Positions 15,591-24,909 of a stretch of 32,000 nt of DNA are shown here, piece by piece. The DNA lies in the NCBI RefSeq assembly GCF_000196555.1, contig NC_015067.1, forward strand, positions 1,590,001 through 1,622,000. The letters run 5' to 3'. The translations under genes and the position numbers were made by a program. Below the pieces are notes generated by a model. It was given only the letters and a program-made list of their open reading frames with translations, was not told the DNA's origin and did not search any database. The stretch is from Bifidobacterium longum subsp. longum JCM 1217. GTDB lineage: Bacteria; Actinomycetota; Actinomycetes; Actinomycetales; Bifidobacteriaceae. Position 1 is the first letter of the stretch. Each line of letters begins with the position of its first letter.

Positions 15591-17165
15591 TCACAAAAAT
15601 CGTGATGGGCGTCTGCGCTGCACTCCATAACCATCCTTGGTCCGTGCATACGACAAATGCAGCGAATCCTCAGCTCGGGTGATGCCCACATACATAAGCC
15701 GGCGTTCCTCTTCCAGCGCATCCCCCGTTTCCGGCGAACCATACGGCAAGAGCCCTTCCGAACAGCCGATCAGAAACACGTGCTTGAATTCCAGACCCTT
15801 GGATGCGTGGATCGTGGAAATCGTAACCCCGAGATCGTCGTTTGCGGCAAGTCCGGTGGCGTCCAAACCCATCGCCTCCAATAGTGCGCGTTTGGACGCG
15901 GCATCGTCGGCGAGCGCGGATGATTGCCATCCCGAATCCTTGCGGACGCGATATTTCAGTCTCGCAGCGCGCAAGGCGGCACCGAATACCGGCTGTTGGG
16001 CGTTGATGCGGGTGAGGATCGCGCAATCGGACGGCTTGGCCCCGTTGGCAACCAACCGGGCTATGCGTGCCGCCACGCCCTGTGCCTCTTCCATATCGCT
16101 CTCATAAGCGGTTCGGGTAACGCGCGGGCCGGATTCACGGGCGGAAACCAGTTTCAGGTAATCCTCACGGTTCGGCGCGGCCGCAAGCACCCGGTTGGCG
16201 AGGTTCACGACTTCCGGCGTCGAACGATAGTCGGTGTTGAGATTGACATCGGCGGCGAGCGGCCCGAATTCATCGGCGAAACGCAGCAGATCCCAGCTGG
16301 AGGCACCGGCAAACGAGTAGATGGTCTGGGCCGGATCGCCCACGACGCATACGTTGCGGTTCATTGCGCTCTTGCCGTCAGGTCCTCCCCCGCCCAGCCA
16401 CAGGGTCAGCAGCCTGTGTTGCAGGGGCGAGACGTCCTGATACTCGTCGACGGTGAGCCAGCCGATGGTGGAACGAATTTGGGCGGCGGCTTCGGGAAAA
16501 CCATCCATGATATGGCATACGAGCAGCAGAATATCGTCAAAATCGATTTCGCCACGCGAGGTCTTTTCCTGCTCGTAGGCGCTGTAGACGTCGGCGAACC
16601 GAGCGGTGTCGAGTCCGGCGGGCGGCTGCCTATGGGCGATGGCACATGCCCGGGCATAATCTTCCACCGCCACCAACGAGATTTTGGCCCAATTGATTTC
16701 GGCGAGCACATCGCGAACGGTCAGCGGATCGGCATCGGTACGTGCGGTGGCGCGGATGATCGCGCGGGAGACGACGTCACGCTGATCTTCGATCACATGC
16801 GGAAATGGAGCCTCGCATATGTCTGCCCAGACGCTGTTGAGCTGATGCAATGCCGCTGAGTGGAAGGTCGCGGCCGTGACTCCGGCAGTTCCCGCACCCA
16901 AACCGGAACGTCCAGTACCTCCCCCTACGCCGAGCTGGCCCAATCGTGCGCGCATTTCCGCCGCCGCTTTTACCGAAAAGGTGACGGCAAGCACCCGCTC
17001 CGGCTTCCATGCCCCGGTGGCGCAGGCATAGGCGATTCGCCGCGTGACCGTGCGTGTTTTACCGGCACCTGCGCCGGCGATAATGCGCACCGGCCCTTGC
17101 AACGTAGTCGCGGCGGTACGCTGCCGCTCATCGAGCCCCTCAAGAATCCCCTGCGCCTGTTCCAT
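15591..17165 (-). CDS. UvrD/Rep/PcrA-family ATP-dependent DNA helicase (compact, 524 aa)
   Basis: Walker A IIAGAGAGKTRT, DEYQD, GDPAQTIYSFAGAS, DYRSTPEVV, TIHASKGLEF and YVGITRA occur in canonical SF1 order. A stable hairpin spans the stop codon (about 15581-15614). Confidence 0.9.
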   Translation of the reverse strand: MEQAQGILEGLDERQRTAATTLQGPVRIIAGAGAGKTRTVTRRIAYACATGAWKPERVLAVTFSVKAAAEMRARLGQLGVGGGTGRSGLGAGTAGVTAATFHSAALHQLNSVWADICEAPFPHVIEDQRDVVSRAIIRATARTDADPLTVRDVLAEINWAKISLVAVEDYARACAIAHRQPPAGLDTARFADVYSAYEQEKTSRGEIDFDDILLLVCHIMDGFPEAAAQIRSTIGWLTVDEYQDVSPLQHRLLTLWLGGGGPDGKSAMNRNVCVVGDPAQTIYSFAGASSWDLLRFADEFGPLAADVNLNTDYRSTPEVVNLANRVLAAAPNREDYLKLVSARESGPRVTRTAYESDMEEAQGVAARIARLVANGAKPSDCAILTRINAQQPVFGAALRAARLKYRVRKDSGWQSSALADDAASKRALLEAMGLDATGLAANDDLGVTISTIHASKGLEFKHVFLIGCSEGLLPYGSPETGDALEEERRLMYVGITRAEDSLHLSYARTKDGYGVQRRRPSRFL

Positions 17166-17310
17166 GCGTCCATTGTGGCACGATTCGCGCTCACGGCACG
17201 ACTCATGCCTATGGCTGAATCGGACTCACGACAAAACATCGCCAGAATCATGCGTTTTGCGTGTCATTCTGCGGTGCGAATCGCCACGGATGTATTAGTG
17301 TGGAAGGGTG

Positions 17311-18966
17311 ATGAAACGTAGCGATTATATGTTGGCGGCACTCGCCTCAGCCGTCCTGCCGAATCTGGGGGTGGCCGGCGTACGCGAGAACGTGCAGGCC
17401 AGCGCAACCGACGAGGCCAAAGGCATCGATCAGACCGTGATCCAAGATGCCTCAGGCAAGTTGTACGACGTATACGCCACTAATACCAAGGAAGGGCGTA
17501 CGCGTCTGATTCGCCGTGTGAAAGCGGCGCAGACACTGGCAGCCGCGCGCGAGCCTGGTGGCCTCGGCTTCGATATGGACCGTGTGGTCGCGTTCGCCCC
17601 GGGAGACGTTTCCCGACCCGGCCAGACGGCCACCGCACAGGCCGTGGGGCAGCAGACCCAGGCGGAGTCCACACCGCTGACCCCGCGCAAGCCCGGTCCC
17701 ACAGGCGAGACGACCGTGATGATTGCCGTCCACCGTGATGGCCAGGCGCGGCCTCTCGACCTGTTGACATTGGATGACTGCGCGGCCGTCGGCACCGCCA
17801 TCGGAGCCATTCATCGCCTGCCTTCGACTTTTCTGGCCAATGCCAAATATCCGGTAGTTACCACCGGTCAGATTCGTTCGCAGCTGACCGCCTGGATTCG
17901 CCGCTTACGCTCCGCCGGCCATGTTCCCCAAGAAATCACCGACAGCTGGGCGCGCATCATGGACACCGAGGGATTGTGGTCGTTCTCCACCTGCACGGTT
18001 CACGGCGGATTTTCCGACGGCGACTTCCTGTTCTCCGGTTCCACCATCACCACGGTGACCAACTGGCAGGATATGCAGGTCAACGATCCGGCACGAGACC
18101 TTGCCTGGATTTTCGGCAAGCTCGACGAATCCCATCGCAACGCCGTGCTTTCCGCATACGGCCGCATGATGGGCTCTCGACTTGACGATCTCATCATGCT
18201 CAGGGCCAACCTGTGGCTGCAGATGGAACAGGTGGGCGAATTCATTCAGGCGTTGAACCGTGCGGACAACGATCACATCATGCAGTTCAAGGCACAGGTC
18301 GAACGACTCGCACACCAGTTGGGCGTGATCAAGCACACTCCGGCACCGGCCCCAGCCGCAGGGTCGGCCGCCGCCTCGTCAACGAAGCCCGGTTTGCCTT
18401 CCACAATCACCGTCGGCACATTGTTGCAGGACGACCGTCATCAGGCACCCGCACAACCGCAGCAGTCCGACACCGGTACCGCGGCGGCCGAGGTCTCGGA
18501 CGACACGCCCGATCCCGATCGCACCGGTTCCGCTGACATCGTGGCCGCTGGCGACGTGGATCTTACCCCGGAAGTCGAACCCGATGCTGACCGGACCGCC
18601 AATCACCCGCAAACGAATGTCTCCGGCATCGCAACCGGTACGGGATCGACCAAACCGCAGCCCTCACATGGCGCTTCCCATTCTTCGGTGACGATCACGC
18701 TGAAGGAGCTCCTCAGTATGAACGGGCATAGCGGCACGACGTCAACCGACGCTTCCCCTGCGTCTCAATCCGCCGCCCCGACCGACGATGCGGTGAATGA
18801 CGATACTCCGGACAGTCTCGTTCAGTACGGAGCCTCGAGTGCCCAAACCACGGTGATTCCGCTGTTGGAGCGGGAAGAACGCGCTCTGCGCGATGCCCGT
18901 GCCGGGTTGGACGGGTATGACAGCGAGGGCAATCCGCTGGCCGAATCGTCCACATCATCCAAATAA
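17311..18966 (+). CDS. aminoglycoside-phosphotransferase-fold (APH/choline-kinase-like) protein with substituted catalytic residues and a ~220-aa low-complexity tail
   Basis: VHGGFSDGDFLF aligns to the APH HGDxxxxNxL loop, and VTNWQDMQVNDPARDLAW aligns to the IDWxxxxxGDPxxDLA segment. The ORF opens with GTG at 17308, immediately followed by ATG at 17311. Confidence 0.65.
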   Translation: MKRSDYMLAALASAVLPNLGVAGVRENVQASATDEAKGIDQTVIQDASGKLYDVYATNTKEGRTRLIRRVKAAQTLAAAREPGGLGFDMDRVVAFAPGDVSRPGQTATAQAVGQQTQAESTPLTPRKPGPTGETTVMIAVHRDGQARPLDLLTLDDCAAVGTAIGAIHRLPSTFLANAKYPVVTTGQIRSQLTAWIRRLRSAGHVPQEITDSWARIMDTEGLWSFSTCTVHGGFSDGDFLFSGSTITTVTNWQDMQVNDPARDLAWIFGKLDESHRNAVLSAYGRMMGSRLDDLIMLRANLWLQMEQVGEFIQALNRADNDHIMQFKAQVERLAHQLGVIKHTPAPAPAAGSAAASSTKPGLPSTITVGTLLQDDRHQAPAQPQQSDTGTAAAEVSDDTPDPDRTGSADIVAAGDVDLTPEVEPDADRTANHPQTNVSGIATGTGSTKPQPSHGASHSSVTITLKELLSMNGHSGTTSTDASPASQSAAPTDDAVNDDTPDSLVQYGASSAQTTVIPLLEREERALRDARAGLDGYDSEGNPLAESSTSSK

Positions 18967-18967
18967 T

Positions 18968-19017
18968 GTCGTGTGCGGTGTTCCGCGCCACGCCGAGCGC
19001 GTAACACCGCACATGAC
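18968..19017 (+). other. long stem-loop directly after the APH-like stop codon, without a U tract
   Basis: gtcgtgtgcggtgtt (18968-18982) pairs with aacaccgcacatgac (19003-19017): 15 bp with one G-U in the plus-strand RNA, which would be a C-A mismatch on the minus strand. An inner 5-bp helix forms at 18984-18988/18997-19001. Confidence 0.6.
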
Positions 19018-19114
19018 GACGCAGACACGCGGCACAATAGAGTACAGAACCTCGGCCGGCGACGGCCACTTACCATGATGTTCGTCACAAAGACGGCAGA
19101 ACAAGGAGCCTTAT

Positions 19115-19339
19115 ATGGATATCGAACTGGGCATTCAGAACGTGGCACGACCGGTGAACTTCAGCACCGACGAATCAGCCGACAATGTGAGCCAGGCCAT
19201 CGCGCAGGCCGTGGCCGACAACGCGACGATCGATCTGACCGATGACAAGGGCCGTCGCATCATCGTGCCCGCCAAGGCACTCGGTTACGCGATCATCGGC
19301 TCCGAAACCAAGCACGCCGTCGGCTTCGGCACGCTGTGA
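19115..19339 (+). CDS. DUF3107-family small conserved actinobacterial protein
   Basis: The 74-aa sequence MDIELGIQNVARPVNFSTDES...LTDDKGRRIIVPAKALGYAIIGSETKHAVGFG matches the DUF3107 pattern (MxIxIGI...L.LTDxxGRR..VP...I.Y..IG......VGFG). Strong RBS AAGGAG. Confidence 0.8.
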   Translation: MDIELGIQNVARPVNFSTDESADNVSQAIAQAVADNATIDLTDDKGRRIIVPAKALGYAIIGSETKHAVGFGTL

Positions 19340-19354
19340 CCATGAATCGCGCAT

Positions 19355-19389
19355 AAGCGGCCTTGGGCATTATCTCAAGGCCGCTTTTG
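19355..19389. terminator. rho-independent terminator shared by convergent genes
   Basis: aagcggcctt (19355-19364) pairs with aaggccgctt (19377-19386) and runs into TTTT. It lies between the DUF3107 stop and the PHP stop. Confidence 0.8.
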
Positions 19390-19399
19390 TATTGCTGAA

Positions 19400-20293
19400 T
19401 CACCGATATAGCGGAAGCACGCCGCGATGAACGATCTCTTCGACAGTGGCCTCGTCGGTGAGGTTCTCCCCCAGTTTGTTCGGTTTGCCTTTGCCATGCC
19501 AGTCAGACCCACCGGTGACCAGCAGCTGGTGCCGGCGGCAGATGGTGAGCAGCCGTTCTCGTTGCTCCGGTGAATTGCCACGGTGCCATACCTCCAGCCC
19601 GTCCAGTCCTTCGCTGATCAATGCCTCGATCTGGTCATCGGACAACAGTCTGCGGTTACGGCTCACATCACCGGCATGGGCGATCAGAATCACACCGCCC
19701 GCTCCCTTGACGGCGGCCACCACTTCATGAGAGGTCGGCGAAGGCGTGGGAATATAGTATTTGGATGAGGCGCTGACCGCATCCGCAAACGCTTCCGAAC
19801 GAGTCCGATATACGCCGGCACTCACCAAAGCATCAGCGATGTGAGGCCGGCCAATGGTGGTTTTGCTACCCTCCTTGACTTGGGCGAGCACGGATTGCCA
19901 GGTAATCGGATAATCACGAGACAACAATTCGACCATGCGCTGCGTGCGTTGCAACCGTGCGGCTCGAGTATTGGCGAACAAGTCCGCGATGTGCTGATTC
20001 GTGGGATCATACTGGTAGCCGAGCATGTGCACGGAGACGTTCTCATCCGTGGCGGTGATCTCGGTGCCGCGGAGCAACGGCAAACCGACCCTATGAGCCG
20101 CGGCTTCGGCCTCCGGCCAGCCGGCGGTGGTGTCATGATCGGAAATGGCCACGCCCTTGAGTCCCAATGCCTTGGATTGTTCGGCCAACGTGGCCGGCGT
20201 TTCCGTGCCATCCGAGAAGGCGGTATGGCAGTGGATGTCCCACCCGACGGCGGGCGGTTCCAAAGGCATCACATATCCAGTCATACCTTCCAT
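19400..20293 (-). CDS. PHP-domain metal-dependent phosphoesterase (TrpH/YciV type)
   Basis: WDIHCHTAFSDGT (PHP motif I), AISDHDT, VLIAHAG and TGGSDWHG. GAGGT RBS 5 nt upstream of the ATG at 20293. Confidence 0.85.
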   Translation of the reverse strand: MEGMTGYVMPLEPPAVGWDIHCHTAFSDGTETPATLAEQSKALGLKGVAISDHDTTAGWPEAEAAAHRVGLPLLRGTEITATDENVSVHMLGYQYDPTNQHIADLFANTRAARLQRTQRMVELLSRDYPITWQSVLAQVKEGSKTTIGRPHIADALVSAGVYRTRSEAFADAVSASSKYYIPTPSPTSHEVVAAVKGAGGVILIAHAGDVSRNRRLLSDDQIEALISEGLDGLEVWHRGNSPEQRERLLTICRRHQLLVTGGSDWHGKGKPNKLGENLTDEATVEEIVHRGVLPLYR

Positions 20294-20427
20294 CGTAACC
20301 TCATTTCAGCATTCCCACGCAAGGCGCAGACAGGTCGTCACCTTCTGCCAACGGCCGAAACCAGACATTCGGCACCCAGCTGACAACCGCAGAGGCTAAT
20401 CTGGAGCGCAGCGCTATCGAAAGGGAC

Positions 20428-21168
20428 ATGATGACTCGTAACACCGCAACCGACACATCATCCAGCACCACGAACACCACGCCGCTTGGCTTGGCGGAGG
20501 CACGACCGTTGATTGGATGGCGCCACAGTGCCACTTGGACATATCTCATCATGCTGATTGCCTCGGCAGTGGCGTTGGGGGCCTCGCTCATTCTGTCCGC
20601 TGAGACTTTGCAATTGGCTCGGCATCCGGAGTCCGCACTCGGCTGCGATCTGAACTCGGTGGTGTCCTGTTCGGCGGTGGCCCAGTCCTGGCAAGCGGAA
20701 ATCGCGAAGTTCGGCGGGCTGAGCTATCCGAACGCGTTCTTCGGCATCGCCGCCGAATCGGTGTTCATTACCATCGCGGTGATCGGTTTGGCGCGTGTGA
20801 AGGTGCCGCGTTGGTTCGCGACCTGCACGTGGCTGGGCGGACTGGCCGCTTTGGCTTACTCGTACTGGCTGAGCACGCAGTCGCTGTTCGTGATTCACGC
20901 GCTGTGCCCGTGGTGCCTGACCCTGATGTTCTCCACCACCATCCAGTTCATGGCGTTGAGCCATGCGACCGTGGCCGTGCAGGGATTGCCGTCGCGTAAG
21001 GCTGTGGCGGCTGATGATAGCGACGGTGAGGCTGAGGTCGCGGCGGTGCCGGCCGGACTCAATAAGTATTACCGCCTCAACATCGACCTCATGGTCGACA
21101 TACTGTGGATCGTGGCGATCGTGGTACTCATCATCGTCACCGAAGGCGCGGCCCTGTTCGCTGCCTGA
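20428..21168 (+). CDS. vitamin K epoxide reductase (VKOR) family membrane protein
   Basis: Loop cysteine pair CDLNSVVSC and active-site CPWC sit in a 4-5 TM protein. This is the arrangement described for actinobacterial VKOR homologues that substitute for DsbB. Confidence 0.8.
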   Translation: MMTRNTATDTSSSTTNTTPLGLAEARPLIGWRHSATWTYLIMLIASAVALGASLILSAETLQLARHPESALGCDLNSVVSCSAVAQSWQAEIAKFGGLSYPNAFFGIAAESVFITIAVIGLARVKVPRWFATCTWLGGLAALAYSYWLSTQSLFVIHALCPWCLTLMFSTTIQFMALSHATVAVQGLPSRKAVAADDSDGEAEVAAVPAGLNKYYRLNIDLMVDILWIVAIVVLIIVTEGAALFAA

Positions 21169-21173
21169 TTCCT

Positions 21174-22067
21174 TTACAACAAATCGATATCGGCGACCAG
21201 CGTGGCTGCTCCGGTCAGCTTTACGTCGCTGTCGGTGACGTCCACGCGCAGGGTGCCGCCACGTACGGTGATGTCCCAGTGGCTGATGCCGGTCTTGGCC
21301 CGCAGCACAATGCCTGTGGCGCACAGGCCGGTGCCGCAGGACAGGGTTTCGCCGCAGCCACGTTCGTTGACGCGCATCGTGGCTTCACCCACGCCGGTGC
21401 TCTGATCGATGTCGTCGACCCGCACGAATTCCACGTTCTGGTCGGATTCGATGACCGGAGCCACCACTGGTTTGGTGACCAAATCCAGTGATTCAACCAC
21501 TGGCAGGGACGCGAAGGCATCCTCGATCACCGCGACCACATGCGGGTTGCCCATATCCACAAACGTACCGCGCGCCGAGCCCTCAGTGCCGGGGATGGTG
21601 ACCTCGTAGGCGTCGGTTTCGCCGATCTTCCACTCCCCCATTTCGACCTGGAACACGTTGGCTCCGTACGGCCTCATATTGCCGCGTGGCGTCAGAATCT
21701 TGACGCCGGCACGGGTGCCGAGGCGGAACGGCTCGGTGGAGTCGGCCACCCCCTCACGCTGAGCGAACAAGGTGATGGCGCGTGTACCGTTGCCGCACAT
21801 CTCCGCCAACGATCCATCCGCATTGCGATAGTCCATGAACCATTTCGCGCCCCCGGCCAGTACGTCCGAAAGCTGATCATCGCTTAAATCAGACACGAAA
21901 TCAGGCCGTGTCAGGCGAATCAGGCCGTCACCGCCAATGCCGAAGTGACGGTCGCACAGGAATCGGACCTCATCGGCGGTAGGCTCGAATTTGCCGGACT
22001 TGTCGAGGTATACCACGAAATCATTGCCGGTTGCGTGTGTCTTGGTTACTCGTTGCGGAAGACTCAT
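21174..22067 (-). CDS. dapF: diaminopimelate epimerase
   Basis: THATGNDFVV, the first catalytic Cys in MCGNGTR and the second in SCGTGLCA. 297 aa. Confidence 0.9.
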   Translation of the reverse strand: MSLPQRVTKTHATGNDFVVYLDKSGKFEPTADEVRFLCDRHFGIGGDGLIRLTRPDFVSDLSDDQLSDVLAGGAKWFMDYRNADGSLAEMCGNGTRAITLFAQREGVADSTEPFRLGTRAGVKILTPRGNMRPYGANVFQVEMGEWKIGETDAYEVTIPGTEGSARGTFVDMGNPHVVAVIEDAFASLPVVESLDLVTKPVVAPVIESDQNVEFVRVDDIDQSTGVGEATMRVNERGCGETLSCGTGLCATGIVLRAKTGISHWDITVRGGTLRVDVTDSDVKLTGAATLVADIDLL

Positions 22068-22174
22068 GGCTTTCAGAGTACTCTAGGGAGCGAAACAACA
22101 CCGCAAAACAATCGGCTTTGTGATCGGTCGCGGCAACATACGGTTGCAGTCATGGCTATAGGGAGGATTCAGGC

Positions 22175-22969
22175 ATGAGCTCTTCGGCTCCAATCGGCGT
22201 ATTCGATTCGGGTCTTGGCGGTATTTCCGTGGCTCGCCAAATCGCCAAGGATATGCCGGCCGAGCATGTGCTGTATTTTGGTGATTCGGCCAACGCACCG
22301 TACGGCATCAAGACGCCTGAACAAGTGAGGGCCCTGAGTTTCGATATTGTCGAACGGTTCGTGCGTCAAGGCGTCAAGGCCGTGGTCATCGCATGCAACA
22401 CCGCCACTTCCGCCGCGGTGAACGATTTGCGCGAACACTACGATATTCCGATCATCGGCATGGAGCCGGCCCTGAAAGTGGCGTGCGACCGTGGTGACGT
22501 GCCTTCCGACCCGCATCATATTCCCCAGAGGGTGATTGTGGCGGCCACTCCCCTGACCTTGCGTGAGCGGAAGTTCGCCAAACTGATGGATCGATTCGAT
22601 TCCAACAACACGATTTTCAAGGAGCCTTGCCCCGACTTGGTGGAGATCGTGGAATCCGGGCGGCTCGGCGACCATGACCTGGTGATGCGCACGCTGCACG
22701 GCTACTTCGACCAGTACGACATGGAGCATATCGACTCGGTGGTGCTGGGCTGCACGCATTTCGTGTTCTACCGCGACTACTTCCGCGAGCTGCTGCCCGA
22801 ACGGGCTGCTGTCATCGACGGCAATGAGGGTACCGTGCGCCATCTGGGCGTGGTGTTGGAGTCCCTGGGCAAACTGGCACCCGAAGACGCGACCGGCGGC
22901 GTGGAGCTCGCCAATTCCGATCCGTCCGAACGGATTGCCGAGTTGTCACGCAAATTGCTGAACGTATGA
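22175..22969 (+). CDS. murI: glutamate racemase
   Basis: [21 protein letters not shown] and VLGCTHF (the two catalytic Cys motifs). GGAGG RBS. Confidence 0.95.
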
Positions 22970-22975
22970 GCCGTT

Positions 22976-23004
22976 CTTGGCTCCCCTCTCTGAGGGAAGC
23001 CAAG
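22976..23004 (+). other. GC-rich hairpin immediately after the murI stop (terminator-like, no U tract)
   Basis: cttggct (22976-22982) pairs with agccaag (22998-23004) and cccTc (22984-22988) with gaggg (22992-22996), with one mismatch and a 3-nt loop. Confidence 0.55.
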
Positions 23005-23097
23005 GAAGAACCAGACAAATTCACAGCACACTGCCCATATCGTTGTCCGTGCAGCACGCGTAAGCTCATACCAGATTCAAGTGAACAGGGGGTTGGT

Positions 23098-23943
23098 ATG
23101 ACAAAGACGGCGATGATTGATGTCGGCGGCGGGTTCCGCGCGATTTTCGGCTGTGGTGTTATGGACCGCATGCTGGAGGACGGCATCGACGTGGATATGT
23201 GCTACGGCGTTTCCGCCGGCGCGGCCAATATGACCTCATTCATCGCACGCCAGCACGGCCGCAACCACACCTTCTACACCAAGTACGCCTTCCGCAAGGA
23301 GTACGCGAGTGCGGAAAGCTTCTTCAAGAACCACAACTTTGCCAACCTCGACTACATCTACGGCACGCTGAGCAATCACGATGGCGAGAATCCGTTGGAT
23401 TTCGCGGCGTTCGAGGCCAATGAGACCGGGTTCACCGTGGTGGCCTGCAATGCCGAGGACGGCTCGACCAAGTACTTCGACAAATCGCGCGTGCGTTTTG
23501 ATGATTTCGACATCATCAAGGCTTCGTCCGCCGTGCCGGTGGCCTGCGAGCCGTATGTGGTGGATGGTGTGCCGTATTTCGATGGCGGCATCGCCGATCC
23601 GGTGCCGGTGCAGAAGGCGCTGGAGGACGGCTACGATCGCGTGATTCTGATTCTGTCTCGCTTGCGTGACGAAGTGCGCAAGCAGCAGAAGGATTTGGCT
23701 CCGGCCCGCATCCTCGAACGCTCCCACCCCGCCGCGGCCGAGAAGCTGCGCATGCGCTACAAGACCTACAACGACGAACTCGAACTCGCCAAGCATTACG
23801 AGGCAGAAGGCCGCGTGCTGATTCTCGCCCCGGAAGACCTCTATGGCCTCAACACCCTAAAAAAGAACTTCGAGGGTCTGGAAATGATGTATCGCAAGGG
23901 ATACGCGGCGGCCGAGGCCATTCCGGCATTCCTTCAGGCATAG
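23098..23943 (+). CDS. patatin-like phospholipase
   Basis: GGGFRAIFGCG (oxyanion Gly-rich loop), GVSAGAAN (GxSxG) and YFDGGIADPVP (DGG/A). The ORF opens at 22966, but that extension covers the hairpin above. The ATG at 23098 has AGGGGG upstream. Confidence 0.85.
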   Translation: MTKTAMIDVGGGFRAIFGCGVMDRMLEDGIDVDMCYGVSAGAANMTSFIARQHGRNHTFYTKYAFRKEYASAESFFKNHNFANLDYIYGTLSNHDGENPLDFAAFEANETGFTVVACNAEDGSTKYFDKSRVRFDDFDIIKASSAVPVACEPYVVDGVPYFDGGIADPVPVQKALEDGYDRVILILSRLRDEVRKQQKDLAPARILERSHPAAAEKLRMRYKTYNDELELAKHYEAEGRVLILAPEDLYGLNTLKKNFEGLEMMYRKGYAAAEAIPAFLQA

Positions 23944-23982
23944 CGATAGTGAAGTCCCTCGCTTGGAGGGACTTCACTATCG
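23944..23982. other. perfect 17-bp hairpin between convergent genes (bidirectional terminator candidate, no U tract)
   Basis: cgatagtgaagtccctc (23944-23960), loop gcttg, gagggacttcactatcg (23966-23982). Confidence 0.6.
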
Positions 23983-24009
23983 ATGGATGGGGATTCGCAA
24001 ACGGGGTGA

Positions 24010-24909
24010 TTACTTCGTCTCGGAAGCGGTGAGCATGGCCTTGGTGACCTGCTCGTAGAGATCCTGATAACCGCCGGGCGTGGAGGCGGGCAGCACCACG
24101 GTCTTGGTGTTGTTCGATTCGGACAGCGAGCGCATCACGTCGAGGTACTGGTTGAACAGCACCACGTTGTTCACGTCGTTGATGTTCATGCCCACAGCCT
24201 GCAGACTCTTGATCTGGTCGACGATACCGTTGGCGATCTCGCGGCGGTAATTGGCCTGGCCCTCACCCTGCAAGCGAGTCTTCTCCGCATCGGCGGCGGC
24301 TTGGGTCTCGATCTGGATACGCTGGGCCTCGGCACGCTGACGGGTGGCTTCCTTTTCACGCTGGGCGGCATTGATGGAGTCCATCGCGTTCTTGACCTGT
24401 GGGCTCGGGTCGATGGCGGTGATCAGCGTCTTGACCACGGTGAAGCCGAAACGGCTCATTTCGGCGCCCACGGTCTTCTGCACGTCGAACGCCACATCGT
24501 CCTTGCGAGCAAAGGCATCATCCAAAGACAGTGCGGGGATAGCGGAACGCAGCGCGTCCTCCATGTAGGAGCGCAGCTGACCGGCCGGGTCACGCAGCTC
24601 GTAGTAGGCGGTGGCCACATCGTTCGGGTTCACGCGGAACTGGGTGGAGGCCACCACGGTGACGAACACATTGTCAAGAGTCTTGGTTTCCAGCTGCACG
24701 TTAAGCTGGTTGACACGCATGTTGGTTTTCATGGCGATGCGGTCCACGAACGGGATGCGGATATGGATGCCGGCGAACTGGACCTTAAGGAACTTGCCGA
24801 ATCGCTCAATGATGTAGGCCTGCTGCTGCGGCACGACGAAGAGTGCGGCACTCAGCAGCACGATGAGTAGCACGATGATAATCAGCGGACCAGCAAAGAA
24901 TACGGCCAT
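24010..24909 (-). CDS. SPFH / band-7 (stomatin-prohibitin-like) membrane protein
   Basis: N-terminal TM (FFAGPLIIIVLLIVLLSAALFVV), then QQQAYIIERFGKF...NVFVTVVASTQFRV...A typical of SPFH domains, then a coiled-coil-like QREKEATRQRAEAQRIQIETQAAADAEK. Confidence 0.9.
   Translation of the reverse strand: MAVFFAGPLIIIVLLIVLLSAALFVVPQQQAYIIERFGKFLKVQFAGIHIRIPFVDRIAMKTNMRVNQLNVQLETKTLDNVFVTVVASTQFRVNPNDVATAYYELRDPAGQLRSYMEDALRSAIPALSLDDAFARKDDVAFDVQKTVGAEMSRFGFTVVKTLITAIDPSPQVKNAMDSINAAQREKEATRQRAEAQRIQIETQAAADAEKTRLQGEGQANYRREIANGIVDQIKSLQAVGMNINDVNNVVLFNQYLDVMRSLSESNNTKTVVLPASTPGGYQDLYEQVTKAMLTASETK

Noticed and set aside
22966-23097. N-terminal extension of the patatin ORF, starting at an ATG that overlaps the murI stop.
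   Set aside because: The extension would be translated through the strong post-murI hairpin and is unrelated to patatin N-termini. The ATG at 23098 has a purine-rich RBS, and the conserved GGGxR loop follows at once.
15924-24870. Other long antisense ORFs: 15924-16859 (+), 17905-18336 (-), 19841-20383 (+), 20458-21324 (-), 22169-22843 (-), 23236-23796 (-), 24301-24870 (+), and further on 26973-27716 (+).
   Set aside because: Each lies opposite a gene with clear family signatures. None has a recognisable motif or a plausible RBS.
23098-24909. Patatin-like lipase next to an SPFH protein as a possible defence (CBASS-effector-like) pair.
   Set aside because: The genes are convergent and separated by a strong hairpin. 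There is no cyclase, sensor, nuclease or other defence-associated gene nearby, and both are flanked by housekeeping genes (murI, dapF).
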